From: Pecten maximus
Taxonomy: Eukaryota
Length of the DNA: 64,000 nt
Assembly (NCBI RefSeq): GCF_902652985.1
Contig: NC_047019.1
Location: 14,190,097 to 14,254,096 of the forward strand
Direction of reading: 5' to 3'
The position numbers and the translations under genes were made by a program. The notes below the pieces were generated by a model. It saw only the letters and a list, made by a program, of their open reading frames with translations, had not been told where the DNA came from and made no database searches. This document shows positions 37,801 to 49,206 of this stretch, piece by piece (position 1 is the first letter of the stretch; every line of letters begins with the position of its first letter).

Positions 37801-38477
37801 GCCTCATTTATATAAAATATGACCACCCTCCCCAAATGATTTTTCACAACATATCTGGTTGAAATCTACTAAAGGGTTAAGGAGGAGTAGGATTTTATAG
37901 CAAAATTTCATAAAAGTTCCCCTTTTGGGGCCCCACCCCTCAGGCCCCAGGGGTCACACTAGCCTCATTTATATAAAATATGACCACCCTCCCCAAATGA
38001 TTTTTCACAACATATCTGGTTGAAATCTACTAAAGGGTTAAGGAGGAGTAGGATTTTATAGCAAAATTTCATAAAAGTTCCCCTTTTGGGGCCCCGCCCC
38101 TCAGGCCCCAGGGGTCACACCAACTTCATTTATATAAAATATGACCGCCCTCCCCCAATGATGTTTCACACCAAATTTAGTTGTAATCCACCCAAGGGTA
38201 AAGGAGGAGTAGGATTTTATAGCAATATTCACCTAAGTTCCCTTTTCGGCGCCCCGCCCTTCTGGCCCCAGGGGTCAGACCAGCCTCATTTATATAAAAT
38301 ATGATTGCCCTCCCCCAATGATGCTTCAAACCAAATTTGGAAGTAATCCACCCAAGCGTTAATGAGGAGTAGCGTTTTGAAAGAAAAAGTTTACGGACGG
38401 CGCACGGCGGACGGCGGACGACGACGGACGAAGCACGATGACTATAGGTCATCCTGACCCTTTGGGTCAGATGACCT
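34876..38477 (+). mobile_element. Helentron-like element carrying a satellite array of about 160 bp (about 20 monomers) and a nested 1.4-kb TIR transposon. It sits in intron 2 of the small-protein gene.
   Basis: The 5' terminus is 'caagaggcccatgggcc'. The 3' end has (ggac)n at 38398-38431 and the hairpin 'aggtcatcctgaccctttgggtcagatgacct' ending at 38477. A 160-bp unit 'ccccttttggggccccgcccctctggccccaggggtcacac...' occupies 34990-38400. The element is inserted between A|A (T|T on the other strand). Confidence 0.65.
35715..37125. mobile_element. Nested non-autonomous DNA transposon with perfect 20-bp TIRs (gggcccatattcataaaaaa / ttttttatgaatatgggccc)
   Basis: It interrupts one 160-bp satellite monomer, and the flanks reconstitute the monomer with a 3- to 5-bp duplication (ctg/ccctg). 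The interior is rich in the 'acttaagt' palindrome. It has no recognisable transposase ORF. Confidence 0.65.
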
Positions 38478-39125
38478 AATAAATACTAATATTCTTTGAT
38501 CTCTGTCCTTTCCAGCAGTTACTTACATCTGGTAGCTCTAATATATCACCTGATGATAATATATCTTAACAAAAATTCATAATTGTAACATTTTATCTAC
38601 TAATAAATTGAATTAAAACCCGACATAACTCAAATCTGTAAGTACACTCCCTGCACTATATTTTTTTGCTTGGTGTGATGATGTTTAAGCTTGAGTGTTA
38701 ATTTGAACAAATGTGTGCATCGAGTTATTATATGTACTGTATGTTAAAAAGAAATGGTGTGTAAATGTGTGTAACTTACCAGGTAAATGAGTATGTATTT
38801 GTGGGTCATGTTCCAATTTTCGTCGATTTTGATCAACATGTATTCACCGGATTCACAGGAAAAGGCTTGTATAGGCTTGCATGTTGTCTAATCATTTTGT
38901 ACAATTTGTGAAATAGAATTTATTGAAATGAAACGATTAAAGCAAGTATTTTAATTTCGATAGTCCATCGCTGGTATGCAGTATAGAACAAGTATATACC
39001 ATTGTGTACATATCTCATGTTTTACTTTGAAATCTACAGCACTATTGATTAATCTCACAAATATAAATTTCAATATTAATGAAAAAACATTATCTAATAT
39101 GAACTGTTAACGTGTGTTGGTACAG

Positions 39126-39245
39126 TGACAATCGACTTTAGTGATGAAAATGCTGTTCTGACGGAGCTGTTCAGTAAACCCCCACAGGAGAACATGTTTG
39201 ATTTCTTCATGCCACGCAGCACATTTGTACTGGTACAGATTGACC
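39126..39245 (+). CDS. Small basic protein gene, exon 3
   Basis: The acceptor is gttggtacag|tg and the donor is gacc|gtaagt. The exon encodes VTIDFSDENAVLTELFSKPPQENMFDFFMPRSTFVLVQID. Confidence 0.65.
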
Positions 39246-39904
39246 GTAAGTCTCATTAAAAAAACACCATGTATTAGAAAGTATGTATGTGATTTTTTTA
39301 GTTAAGTGAAAAATGATTTTTGTTTGTTTGGGAGTTATTATGGTATGTAATTCAAAAGAGGCAACAACAATTTTTAACCCTCTTGTTGTTAATAAATGCC
39401 TCAGAAAATAAAATATTTTACATTATACAGTTTTGGGTTATCTCCCCTACATAGTAGTTTTGAGTGTGACCCAATCGAGTCAAGAAATACACAAATTAAC
39501 TTTTAAATTTTCCGTTAAAGCATTTTTAGATTTAAAGATTAAAAGAAAAATCTATCTTATTTACTATGAAAAAAAACAACAAAAAAACAAAACAAAACAA
39601 CAATTTTTTTAGAGATTTACAGTAATATATTTAAATAGATCACTTGAGAATTTCTGAATAACACTGTTCCTTGTCATATAAAATTGAGTTAATTTGTTTT
39701 CAAAGTGATTTAAAGATTAGAAAACATATCTTAGTTCCTATGAAAAAATAAGTTAAGGAATTAACTTATGCTTATGAATATTGAAGGCCCAGTACATTTT
39801 AATGCTCCTTAGAACAACTGAGAGATTTACACTAATCAACAGCTTGAGAACCCTGTTCATTGGTGATCTATATGTCAACTTATTTTCAATGTGTATTACT
39901 ACAG

Positions 39905-39979
39905 GAGGAGCAGATGGCAGCATCTTAAAAGTGACTCCCCTACTTACAGACTGGGAGAAGAAGTACCCTTTCCTGGAGA
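39905..39979 (+). CDS. Small basic protein gene, exon 4
   Basis: The acceptor is tattactacag|ga and the donor is ggaga|gtaagt. The exon encodes RGADGSILKVTPLLTDWEKKYPFLE. Confidence 0.65.
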
Positions 39980-40648
39980 GTAAGTTTGATGTAACACATT
40001 TCAATCAAGAAATAAGATTTGTAGGTCACAGGTGTGAGGACATACAAGTTAATGCCATTGGTGTACCCTTAAAGGTCTTCCAAATACTCAGTTTAGCTAG
40101 TAGCTTGATTGGAAACCAACCATCAATTTGCTTTAACAAATGACCTTGAATCAAGGCCTAGAGGCCAATATGATATTCAGATTTTAGCGTTCTAGCAGAA
40201 AGATGATCAAATTTATAAAAATGACCTTATGATCTTGATCAGCATTTCATGGTTTTAAACAAGGTGAACCTGTAGTTTTTCTGAATAGATGACCACACTT
40301 TAATTTGATCTGTTGCATGCAAGAGTGAATGTTGATTTGGCATTGCCCCAACCAGAGACCTATACATGCACTTAATTTCATATGCAAAATCAAAGTGAAA
40401 TAGTATGATGTTTGTTTATTGGATTTATCTCCCCCTGAACAACCAGGGTCATTTTGCATTGAGATCGCCTTAAATTGTAGTAGTTGGTGACTTCCTCACT
40501 GAACAACATATGGGATGCCTGTCGCATGCCATCAAAAGCAATAAGGGTAAAGCGTCTTGCCCTAGGACACAATAACAACAGTACAGACTGCAATTGCATG
40601 GATCATATTGCTGTGATAATTATTATTGGATACATGTGAAATGTTTAA

Positions 40649-41624
40649 CAAGAGGCCCAGAGGGCCTGTATTGCTCACCTGGATTTCATGAGATATGAAA
40701 CAAGAATGATGATTAATTATAAGTATATTTGTCACTGGTATTGCTATGTCAATATATCATAGGCATTTTATATGGGTACGTGAGGATTTTATGTCAAAAA
40801 ATGCATTAATCCATGAAATAAAATTAACTTTTGGCACAACCCCATAGGGATGCTACCACACAAATGTGAGTGATATCCATTGCTTAGTTTCAGAAAAGAA
40901 GTTGTTTAAACCAATTGACCCCTTTTGAACCCGCCCTCTGCACCCCTGGGGGAGTGGGGGTCAGTTCCTTCCTTTATAAAATTTTGAATCCCTACCCAAA
41001 AGGATGCTACCAGGCAAATATGAGCGATATCCTTTGCTTAGTTTCAGAAAAGAAGTTGTTCATATCAATTCAGCCAAATTGACCCCTCTTGGCCCCGCCC
41101 CTCAGGCCCCCGGGGGGGTCAGCCTCACCATTTGTACAATTTTGAATGCCCACCCAATAGTGATGCTACCAGGCAAATATGAGCGATAGCCATTGCTTGG
41201 TTTCAGAGAAGAAGTCGTTTATATCAATATAGCCAGATAGACCACATTTGGCCCCGCCCCTCAGGCCCCTGGGGGGTCAGCCCCATCATTTGTACAATTT
41301 TGAATCCCCAACCCATAGCGATGCTACCAGGCAAATATGAGTGATAGCCATTACTTGGTTTCAGAGAAGAAGTCGTTTATATCAATAGCGCAAAAATGAC
41401 CCCTTTTGGCCCCGCCCCAGAGGCCCCCAGGGGGTCAGCCCCATCATTTGTACAATTTTGAGTCCCCTACCCATAGGGATGCTTCTGACCAAATTTGGTC
41501 AAATTCTGATGTGTGGTTATGAAGACGTCAATTGTTGACGGACAGACGGACGACAGACGACGGACGGACGACAGACGCAACAGTATGGCATAAGCTCACC
41601 TTGGTTCTTCGGACCAGGTGAGCT
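40649..41624 (+). mobile_element. Helentron-like element copy 3, in intron 4 of the small-protein gene, ending 26 bp before the acceptor
   Basis: The 5' end is 'caagaggcccagagggcctgtattgctcacctgg'. It has 4 to 5 tandem units of about 150 bp, a (gacg/ggac)n tract, and the 3' hairpin 'agctcaccttggttcttcggaccaggtgagct'. The flanks are A|A. Confidence 0.7.
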
Positions 41625-41650
41625 AACAAAGGATGTCTAATGTTTTACAG

Positions 41651-41764
41651 GGAAGCTGAGACAAAGAGACAAAAAAGCCAAACAAAATCTTGCAGCAGAG
41701 AAAGATGTCAAAGAAAAGGGGCGTCCGGGTAGTAAAATGTCTGTTAAGAGTGATTCTCCAACCT
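41651..41764 (+). CDS. Small basic protein gene, exon 5 (Lys/Arg-rich)
   Basis: The acceptor is ttttacag|gg, 26 bp after a Helentron-like insertion. The donor is acct|gtaagt. The exon encodes RKLRQRDKKAKQNLAAEKDVKEKGRPGSKMSVKSDSPT. Confidence 0.65.
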
Positions 41765-41799
41765 GTAAGTATACACCAGCACTTCCTTACATGTCTCTG

Positions 41800-42170
41800 T
41801 AGCGTAGCGACACGACAGGCTGCAATATTTTTGGTATTACTCAGGATATATGTATAATTTACCTGTGTAGGTAGGTTTTAATGCATTAAAGATATATGTA
41901 TATTTTACCTGTGTAGGTAGTTTTTTATGCATTAAAGATATACATGTATGTCTATTTTACCTTTATGCATTAAGGATATACATGTACATGTATGTATATA
42001 AATTACCTATGTAGGTAGGTTTCCATGTATTCAGAATATGTATATTTTACCTGTGTATGTAGGTTTTCATGTATTCAGAATATGTATTTTTTACCTGTGA
42101 AGGTAGGTGTTTAGGTCACCTTAGGATATATATACCTGGTATATATATTTTACCTGTGTAGGTGTCTTAG
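41800..42170. repeat. Tandem repeat of about 60 bp, 6 copies, in the last intron of the small-protein gene
   Basis: The unit is 'atgcattaaagatatatgtatattttacctgtgtaggtaggtttt'. Confidence 0.85.
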
Positions 42171-42250
42171 CTTTCTTTGCATTGTTATCCAAGCAATATC
42201 ATTTAAAAAAAATATCTACACATCTAAGTATTTTATCTTTTCCTCAACAG

Positions 42251-42387
42251 CAACTCCAAGCAAAGTTAATGTCAAGAACGGGAAGAATTCAGCTAAGGGA
42301 GATAACCGCACATTGAGTATAGCACCGGATGAAACTGCCCCTCCCAAAAAAACCAGCAGCAAGGGCAGGAAAAAGCATGCACATTGA
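42251..42387 (+). CDS. Small basic protein gene, terminal exon (stop TGA at 42385-42387)
   Basis: The acceptor is cctcaacag|ca. The exon encodes STPSKVNVKNGKNSAKGDNRTLSIAPDETAPPKKTSSKGRKKHAH*. Confidence 0.65.
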
Positions 42388-42452
42388 GGGATTCAACAAT
42401 GAAGAACATTGTCTTTAATGTGATCAAACAGAAGATTTAATTTACTTTATAA

Positions 42453-42458
42453 AATAAA
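42453..42458 (+). terminator. AATAAA polyadenylation signal for the small-protein gene
   Basis: The hexamer lies about 66 bp downstream of the stop codon. Confidence 0.5.
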
Positions 42459-43499
42459 GTCACAAATATTGAAGTTTCATTTACGGGTTTACTCTTTATT
42501 TATACCTAAGCAGATTTGCTTCATTTCACAGATTTCATGGCGAAGGTTCCACCCCTTCTGGTAGTTACTTAAGGTGTAAGCTATACCTTGTATGTTGTAC
42601 AAACCAACTGATTTGAAGGTAAAACACCTTTTGGTTGTTATGGCGTATATACTTGTACTGTATATAGAGAAAAAACTGCATGTTTGAAATAATTCCCATT
42701 TCTTTATTCACCTCTTACATATGTATGTACAAGTTGTGCTGCACATGTATGACTCCCATATATCAATATTTACTTCGAAGCTGAGTTCAGGTGACGTGAG
42801 GGGATGGACTTTATCTTTCAATCCAAGTCCTGCACTTCTGGTGATAGATGTTGACAGGGAGTTAACAAGCACCCTGAAACAGGAGTAGTCTGGTGACCTG
42901 CTCAAGGATTCCCTCGGTCTGCAGATAAACCTCTTCAGTCTAATGCTGCAACTCCAGTGACTTCAACATATTTCACTTACATGTCTTTCATTTTTAGCTT
43001 TCTCACAGGATCACATTTGTTCAATCAAACCTTTCATTAGGTCTAGTTTCACAAAAAGTTTTCTTACTATTAAAAATCTAGCACATGTTTTGCAGTTTGT
43101 CAGGTGTACATGAAAAAGAATGAAATATCTCCTTGGTATTATAGGACATATGGACAACCTAAAGACCAAAGGACAACTTATGGATGGCGTTGCTCCCCAT
43201 ATTCCTCTATAAATCAGATATTATGTATGAATGATTGATAAGATATACAACATTAAGTTATAGGTATAATTAAACAATAATAGATTATTTTTAGCTCTAT
43301 TCCATAACTCAATAAAATTAAGATCCACGCTCTCTCTAATAAATACTTCATATAAAAATATATGGCAGTATTTCTCCATTCCTCACAATCCAAAAGAATA
43401 TTAACTTCATTGATTCCTCTTAATCCATCGTTAAATCTTAGCTGGAGAATACATTCACTGATTCCTCCAAATCCATTGGTAAATCTGAGCTGGAGAATA

Positions 43500-43651
43500 C
43501 TAACTCTTTGATGTTTTCTTCTTCTTCTTTTGCTTTTTCTGTGGGCTATTTGAGGCCTTTTTCAGGGCATTGATGTCAGATTTGTCCTCAGGTGAGGGAC
43601 ATCCAAGAAAATACCTCCTCATTTCAACAGACACATCTTCTGCTGACAGAC
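43500..43651 (-). CDS. Large helical-protein gene, terminal exon (Lys-rich tail; stop TAG at 43500-43502)
   Basis: It has a strong acceptor ttgttgtctttctgtag|GT. The phase continues from the 44105 donor. The exon encodes GLSAEDVSVEMRRYFLGCPSPEDKSDINALKKASNSPQKKQKKKKKTSKS*. Confidence 0.55.
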
Positions 43652-44104
43652 CTACAGAAAGACAACAACACAAAATAATCTTAACTTCATTATAACATTA
43701 CTCGTACAATATCCATTTATACATTCTTAAATTCTGCATATTAGTTTTGGTGTAGACTTGAAACTAAGAAGTATTTGTGTTTTGAATACTTGCATCATGT
43801 TTTGTCTTATTTAAAAGCAAAATGAAAACACATATTCTACTTAGAGTGGAAATGACCTTGGGCAATAACCCTCAGACACCTTCATCACAATTCCCTGTGT
43901 TGTGGCACAATAAGATGTTATCAAAGATGATAACACAAATTCCATTGTCATCAGACAGACATTGGGCAAAACACATGGTCTTGGTGGTAGGGTTATACTA
44001 TCATGGATAATATATAGATTTTTGGATGGATACTGAAATACATTGCCATTAGCTTAATGAGAATTGTTCATGGAATATCATATTTTGTAATCATTTTACT
44101 GTAC

Positions 44105-44928
44105 CTGATGTGTTCAAATTGCAGAAGAACTCCCTCCAAACTGGCGACATCTCTCCTTCCTCATGACTGGCTATGTAACGCATCAGTTCATTCATCTTCA
44201 CCAACACCTCATTTAAACATGGTCTTACAGACTCTTTTGTACAAGAATCACAGTCTACATAAAGCTTGTCACTACTAGTGTTATACAGTACATTATAGAT
44301 CTGAAGGAGACACCTCACAAACTCCTTCTTTTCTGTGTCCCTGAAATGCTTGGCCAGAGATCCTGCACTAAAATGCTGGTGTATCCAAGACACAATGCCA
44401 ACCAATGTCTCGTTGCTCACATATGGAAGACTAGTTACTAAGAAGGAAATTGCTGCCATGGCAACAGTACATACGACTTGAACACCATCATTACCTGTGT
44501 CACATGACACAAGTAGACTTGGTTTCCAATGCAACAGCAAACCAACACTTAAAGGACAAATTTTTGTATTGGTGTCATTTTCTTCTGATCCTTTGTCTGT
44601 CTTTTCTGTCATGTCTTCATTTTCTTTTTGGATAATGGCCTTTCCATCCTTTGTCAGTTTCACCTCTTGTCTAGATGCCCCCTTGCTTCCTGATTGTTTT
44701 CCCTTTACATTCAAGAGTTTTAAGGCCCCAGTACAAGTTGTTTCTACGTTTTTGTCCTTGACGATTCTCGCCGAGTTGACTAGGATACCACAGACATCCT
44801 GTGTGGTTAGAGGTGTAACAGTCACCTGTCCCTTGTCCTTGAGAAGCACTACAGATTCCTTCAGGTGATTTAGCACAGACACCAGTGTCTCCAAACATTT
44901 CTCGTATACCGTGTGGATTGTTTCTTCC
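44105..44928 (-). CDS. Large gene exon. If the donor catcag|gtacag at 44104 is skipped, read-through ends at an in-frame TGA (44091-44093).
   Basis: The acceptor is ttttattttcccag|G. An 824-nt ORF encodes EETIHTVYEKCLETLVSVLNHLKES...CNLNTS. Confidence 0.7.
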
Positions 44929-45318
44929 CTGGGAAAATAAAACAGTTTTTATCAGCAAAGTCTGTTGGTAATATCAATATGAAAAAACATCTGTAACAAA
45001 TAGAAACATTTTTTGTAACATTATCTTTGATAATTTATATGCTTTTTACATAAGTGATATCCATCACATTTATGACAAAATAGTATACTTCCAATAAACT
45101 GATGCCAGTTTCACAAATATTCCTGACTTAAGGAAATTCCTGAATTAAAATTATATTTTTTTTTTCATAGGAAAACATTATAAGTTCAGAATTCAAGAAA
45201 AGCTCCTCAACTAAGATTTTCCCTTTAATCCCACAATGCAAAACTAGGGCCTGGTATTTTATGCAGTGAAACCCCACTAACTCCCGTTCTATAGATAACC
45301 CGGCTTCCCAAAACTTAC

Positions 45319-45510
45319 CCACAACACCTGACAAGCGACAGAAGACAAGTCAGCACCTCCCTGGATATGGCCAGTGGCAAGCATTTCGTTTCCTGCCCTT
45401 CTTCGTCTATTTCAGAGTTGTTTCCCCTGATGGATCGGTGTCGTACCATTGAAAACCACAGATTGTGGAGTATATCAGACAGTATTTCAAGCTTGCCAGC
45501 ACCAATGTTT
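45319..45510 (-). CDS. Large gene exon
   Basis: The acceptor is taatttcag|a and the donor is gtgg|gtaagt. The exon encodes NIGAGKLEILSDILHNLWFSMVRHRSIRGNNSEIDEEGQETKCLPLAISREVLTCLLSLVRCC. Confidence 0.7.
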
Positions 45511-45715
45511 CTGAAATTATATAACAAATATTCTTAAAATTATATGAGAGTTTTGAATACTTAGTATTTATAGTACAGTTGAACCATTTTTTGTTTTTAC
45601 ATTTTGATATCAGGAAATATTTTCATTTATATTCTTAACATCTTAATTCTTTAGTTTAGATTTAGAATTATTAACATTTTTCCAAAAGATTAAGTATAAT
45701 ACCTGGTTATGACAC

Positions 45716-45888
45716 CTGTTAACCAACTCAATATCCCATGTTGCTTCACTAGGTAAAAAGTCACTGTTCTTTGTCCAGAGGCTGACTTCAATATGTCCAA
45801 TACCTGCAGCTGTAACACCATAAATTGGGCAAAATGTTCTATAAATAGTCCTTACATACCAAGAGTTAAAATCATTGGGTTTATATGT
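45716..45888 (-). CDS. Large gene exon (boundaries tentative)
   Basis: The ORF is open in frame (TYKPNDFNSWYVRTIYRTFCPIYGVTAAGIGHIEVSLWTKNSDFLPSEATWDIELVN). A weak acceptor gttaag|ACA and the donor aacag|gtgtca were chosen because they keep phase with the neighbours. The stronger donor cag|gtatta at 45703 breaks phase. Confidence 0.35.
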
Positions 45889-46197
45889 CTTAACACTTTC
45901 CCTTTCTTTTTGCAAATATCAAAAATTAAAGTGTGTATTTCAAAATCTTTTAAGAATTGCTTTTTTTCAAATTTTGCGTTCGGTATACATATTAAAAGTT
46001 TCATTTTTCTTCCACATGTTTTTCTGTTATATCAAAATTCAGTTTTGATGAAATGGGATTTAAGTGACATATATCTGATGATTTGTAATAAAGCTAAATC
46101 AAATATATTTCAATTAGAAAATTTTAATCTTGAATCTTACATATTTCAGTTAATATAGTTAAGTATGAAATGTAAGTTTACAACCGTGTACACTGAC

Positions 46198-46341
46198 CTG
46201 AGAAGAGTTGTCACTAATACCAGAATCGTGGAAGCTGAGTAAGAGTTTGAAGACATAACGAGCCTCAAACAACTTGTAGTCCAGTGTCTCTCTCAAACCA
46301 TCTTTACATAAATCTAAAATCCATGATCTTTCCACCTTAAA
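46198..46341 (-). CDS. Large gene exon
   Basis: The acceptor is ctgttacag|T and the donor is tctcag|gtcagt. The exon is 144 nt and phase 0, and encodes FKVERSWILDLCKDGLRETLDYKLFEARYVFKLLLSFHDSGISDNSSQ. Confidence 0.7.
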
Positions 46342-46632
46342 CTGTAACAGAAACACCAGTCATGTGAACTTTAAAACAGTTCTGACAAACACTGATAATT
46401 TTTAAGTTTGTTTTACTAATACGACAAAAAGATCATATTGTATTGCATAATTATGAAGGTATATGTAAGTTATGAAATATGCAAATACATGTAATCTGTC
46501 CTGCTATGTACTTATTCATTTTTTCTGAAAGTATATCCTTGCACATTCTCCCTCAGAAATTTTTCTGGCCAAATACTTATTCACATGCATTATTCATGAG
46601 TCATTGAAAATATTCTGAGCTGGCTACAATAC

Positions 46633-46739
46633 CTCGAAGGCTGAACTGTTGAACAGTTTGTAGAACTCTGGCACTTTGGTGATGTCCATCGCAGGTTTCA
46701 ATAACAGGAAGTAGTTCATCACTTTGTACATGTGGTCAT
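46633..46739 (-). CDS. Large gene exon
   Basis: The acceptor is tctctgtacag|AT and the donor is ttcgag|gtattg. The exon encodes (D)DHMYKVMNYFLLLKPAMDITKVPEFYKLFNSSAFE. Confidence 0.65.
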
Positions 46740-47401
46740 CTGTACAGAGACAAAACCACAAACATTGTATAAACTCTCTATAAACTCTCAGAAGAAAGTG
46801 CCATTTATGGCATAATAATAAAGCCTATCAAGTTTGAAACAGATCACTTGAAAACTGAGAGAGAAGATCTGATAACAAGATTAATTTGCTGCAAGATTGG
46901 GCAGTACTATCTCTCTCAGAACATTTTGAATCTATCTGCAACTTGCCAAAAGTACAATTTGATGTTATGGTTACAATCTTAAGTTTTTTTAAAGAGATCA
47001 GCAGAAAACTGAGATAGGAGACCTTATAAGAAGAGTTTACAACAGATGGATGCACAATCTTACTTTTAGACCAGCATATAAAAACTTAGAACTTGACTGT
47101 GACTTGACAAGTATGAAATGACTTGTATAGCTGTTTTTACCTATGTACTATTAATATTTAATATAGATGACATTCAACTTGAAGACTCAGATCACCTCGT
47201 AGGCCTCAATTCTGACCTCAAACATTCAGATATCCCTTGCTGACTGATTACAAAAACTTTATTTACATATACTATAAAATCCATTCACTGATATTCAGAT
47301 GATGACTCAAAACAAAACACAGAGAAAATGTACCCAAATATCTAAAACGGTTTCCAGGAAAAGATGACAATTGCACTTTTAGTCTTTGAACTTTGACTTA
47401 C

Positions 47402-47674
47402 CATGCAGGAACATGAGCGACACCATCCTGGCAAGAAACACTGTGATGGTACAGGCAAGTTTGGTATTTGGGCGTGTCACACTGTCTCTCAGCAGGCTGA
47501 CCAGATACAACATCTGTTGTTGTTCTGGGAAACGTGCTCCCTCAAGATGGTGGAGATACTGGGCTAAAACATGGTAGGCAACACCCCTCACGCCAGCGTC
47601 ATGGCAACTCAGGGCGGCAATGGTGTATCCTAGACATAATGTCTCCGCAAACTTTCGGCAGTTTACATAAGAAT
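47402..47674 (-). CDS. Large gene exon
   Basis: The acceptor is tttgccacag|AT and the donor is gcatg|gtaagt. The exon encodes SYVNCRKFAETLCLGYTIAALSCHDAGVRGVAYHVLAQYLHHLEGARFPEQQQMLYLVSLLRDSVTRPNTKLACTITVFLARMVSLMFLH. Confidence 0.7.
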
Positions 47675-48141
47675 CTGTGGCAAATAAAAATTGTTAAACA
47701 ACTGTTTTTACATAGTTTCATTCTCAACACTTCAATGGGTACATTCATTTTTACACACTGCATCCCTACAATAAGTCACAACAAAATTGAAGGCAAGCAA
47801 CTACATGTAGTTAGATTCATTTGTATCGAGGAACTGTTGCATTTCTTCTGAGGATTTCCGAGGAGTCACAACCAAGTTCCAAATCAAATTACTGGTATGA
47901 TGATTTTTTTGTTGGTATAAACTAGTCTTTCTGTTTTGGTTTTATCCACAAGATGACGGTGACTGAACATTCACGGTTTTGTCATGACATATTCCAGGGG
48001 TGCGGAGTGAAAGTGAACAAAACTATTGGAGTATCGAGGATGCATGATCTAGTTTGAACTTAAGATTTTATAGATCAATTCAAATGTACCATAACAGTTA
48101 AGATGTATTATTATTGAATAAACTTCAGAATTTGTCCTCAC

Positions 48142-48238
48142 CTGGAGACAATAAACTGCTAAACAATGGCAGGATAAAGCAGGGGTCATAGAGGTCATCA
48201 TCAACTCCGAAGACTGACAAGTCCTGTAGCAAGCCCGG
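48142..48238 (-). CDS. Large gene exon
   Basis: The acceptor is ttctacttttctgttaaccag|C and the donor is tctccag|gtgagg. The exon encodes PGLLQDLSVFGVDDDLYDPCFILPLFSSLLSP. Confidence 0.6.
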
Positions 48239-48560
48239 CTGGTTAACAGAAAAGTAGAACAATAGCACTAGTAAGTATATAGCAGACAGAAGAGAGATGG
48301 CTACAAAACTACACAGTTTCATTGTCACTTCAATAGTTTTTTTGTGATTTGAAATATCTCTGAAAATGACACAAATTTGCAGATGTTTACCTGGAAATTA
48401 TAATTGTTAATTCAATATTATTTCCATGACGACCATAATAATGTTAAGATTTTCCAATGTTCTTATGACATATCTATGAATCATCAAGCCATCTTTGCCA
48501 AATCAGAGTGTTAAAGACAGATTACCTTACAGTATTTCAGGATTAGTCTATGATACCAAC

Positions 48561-48723
48561 CTGGAGTTTCCGTAGCAGTGGAAACTTGACGATTGACCTT
48601 TGTAGCCGGTCACGGTCTATATACTCCAACACTTGGTCTGTGGATGGCTGTTTCCATAGAGACGCCCCCATGGACTTCCTAATGGTGTGCTGCTCTGTGG
48701 CCTTTGACCCCCATAGGTATGGC
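48561..48723 (-). CDS. Large gene exon
   Basis: The acceptor is gtttcattgcccag|G and the donor is ctccag|gttggt. The exon encodes PYLWGSKATEQHTIRKSMGASLWKQPSTDQVLEYIDRDRLQRSIVKFPLLRKLQ. Confidence 0.65.
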
Positions 48724-49206
48724 CTGGGCAATGAAACAATTGTTTGTAGTGACAGAATTCCAAACCAGTGACATCAAGAATAGATTTTACATTTCATAAG
48801 TAATATTCTTTATGGGGACCTCACACCAGATGAAATTTTCATATTGTAAAAGTGAAACTGATAAGTTAAGGATGCATTCATTGAATTGTAAAATTAACAT
48901 GTAACTGGATAAGACATCCCTATATATAGATATGTACTTACCTGTACTCCTTCTTATTAACAGGTATCTGGACTAGACATCCCTATATATAGATATGTAC
49001 TTACCTGTACTCCTTCATGGAGACCTCATTGTTCTCATACAGGTGAAGAAGTCTCAGCAGTTTTTGGTCTGAAATTGAACACCAGAATGCAAAAGGTAAT
49101 GCAATCAGTAATATTGAGTAATTAATTGTCTTTTAATTAAAAAGAGAAATATGATAACCAGTATCAATGTATCATGACCTAGTTTACTGGTAGAAAACAA
49201 GCTACA

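Noticed and set aside
44091-44103. The stop codon TGA at 44091 taken as the end of the large gene
   Set aside because: It is not rejected outright. The donor at 44104 and a strong, phase-matched acceptor at 43651 suggest this stop is intronic in the main isoform. The read-through end is kept as an alternative 3' end.
45701-45703. The donor cag|gtatta at 45703 for exon 45716-45888
   Set aside because: It leaves phase 0, which is incompatible with the well-supported downstream exon 45319-45510 (which needs 2 carried nucleotides). The weaker, phase-compatible donor aacag|gtgtca (45716) was adopted instead, at low confidence. An undetected mini-exon remains possible.
48239-48328. A hydrophobic stretch (CSFVAISLLSAIYLLVLLFYFSV) at the N-terminus of ORF 48125..48328 that looks like a transmembrane helix
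   Set aside because: It lies upstream of the best acceptor (ttctacttttctgttaaccag|C at 48239), so it is most likely intronic.
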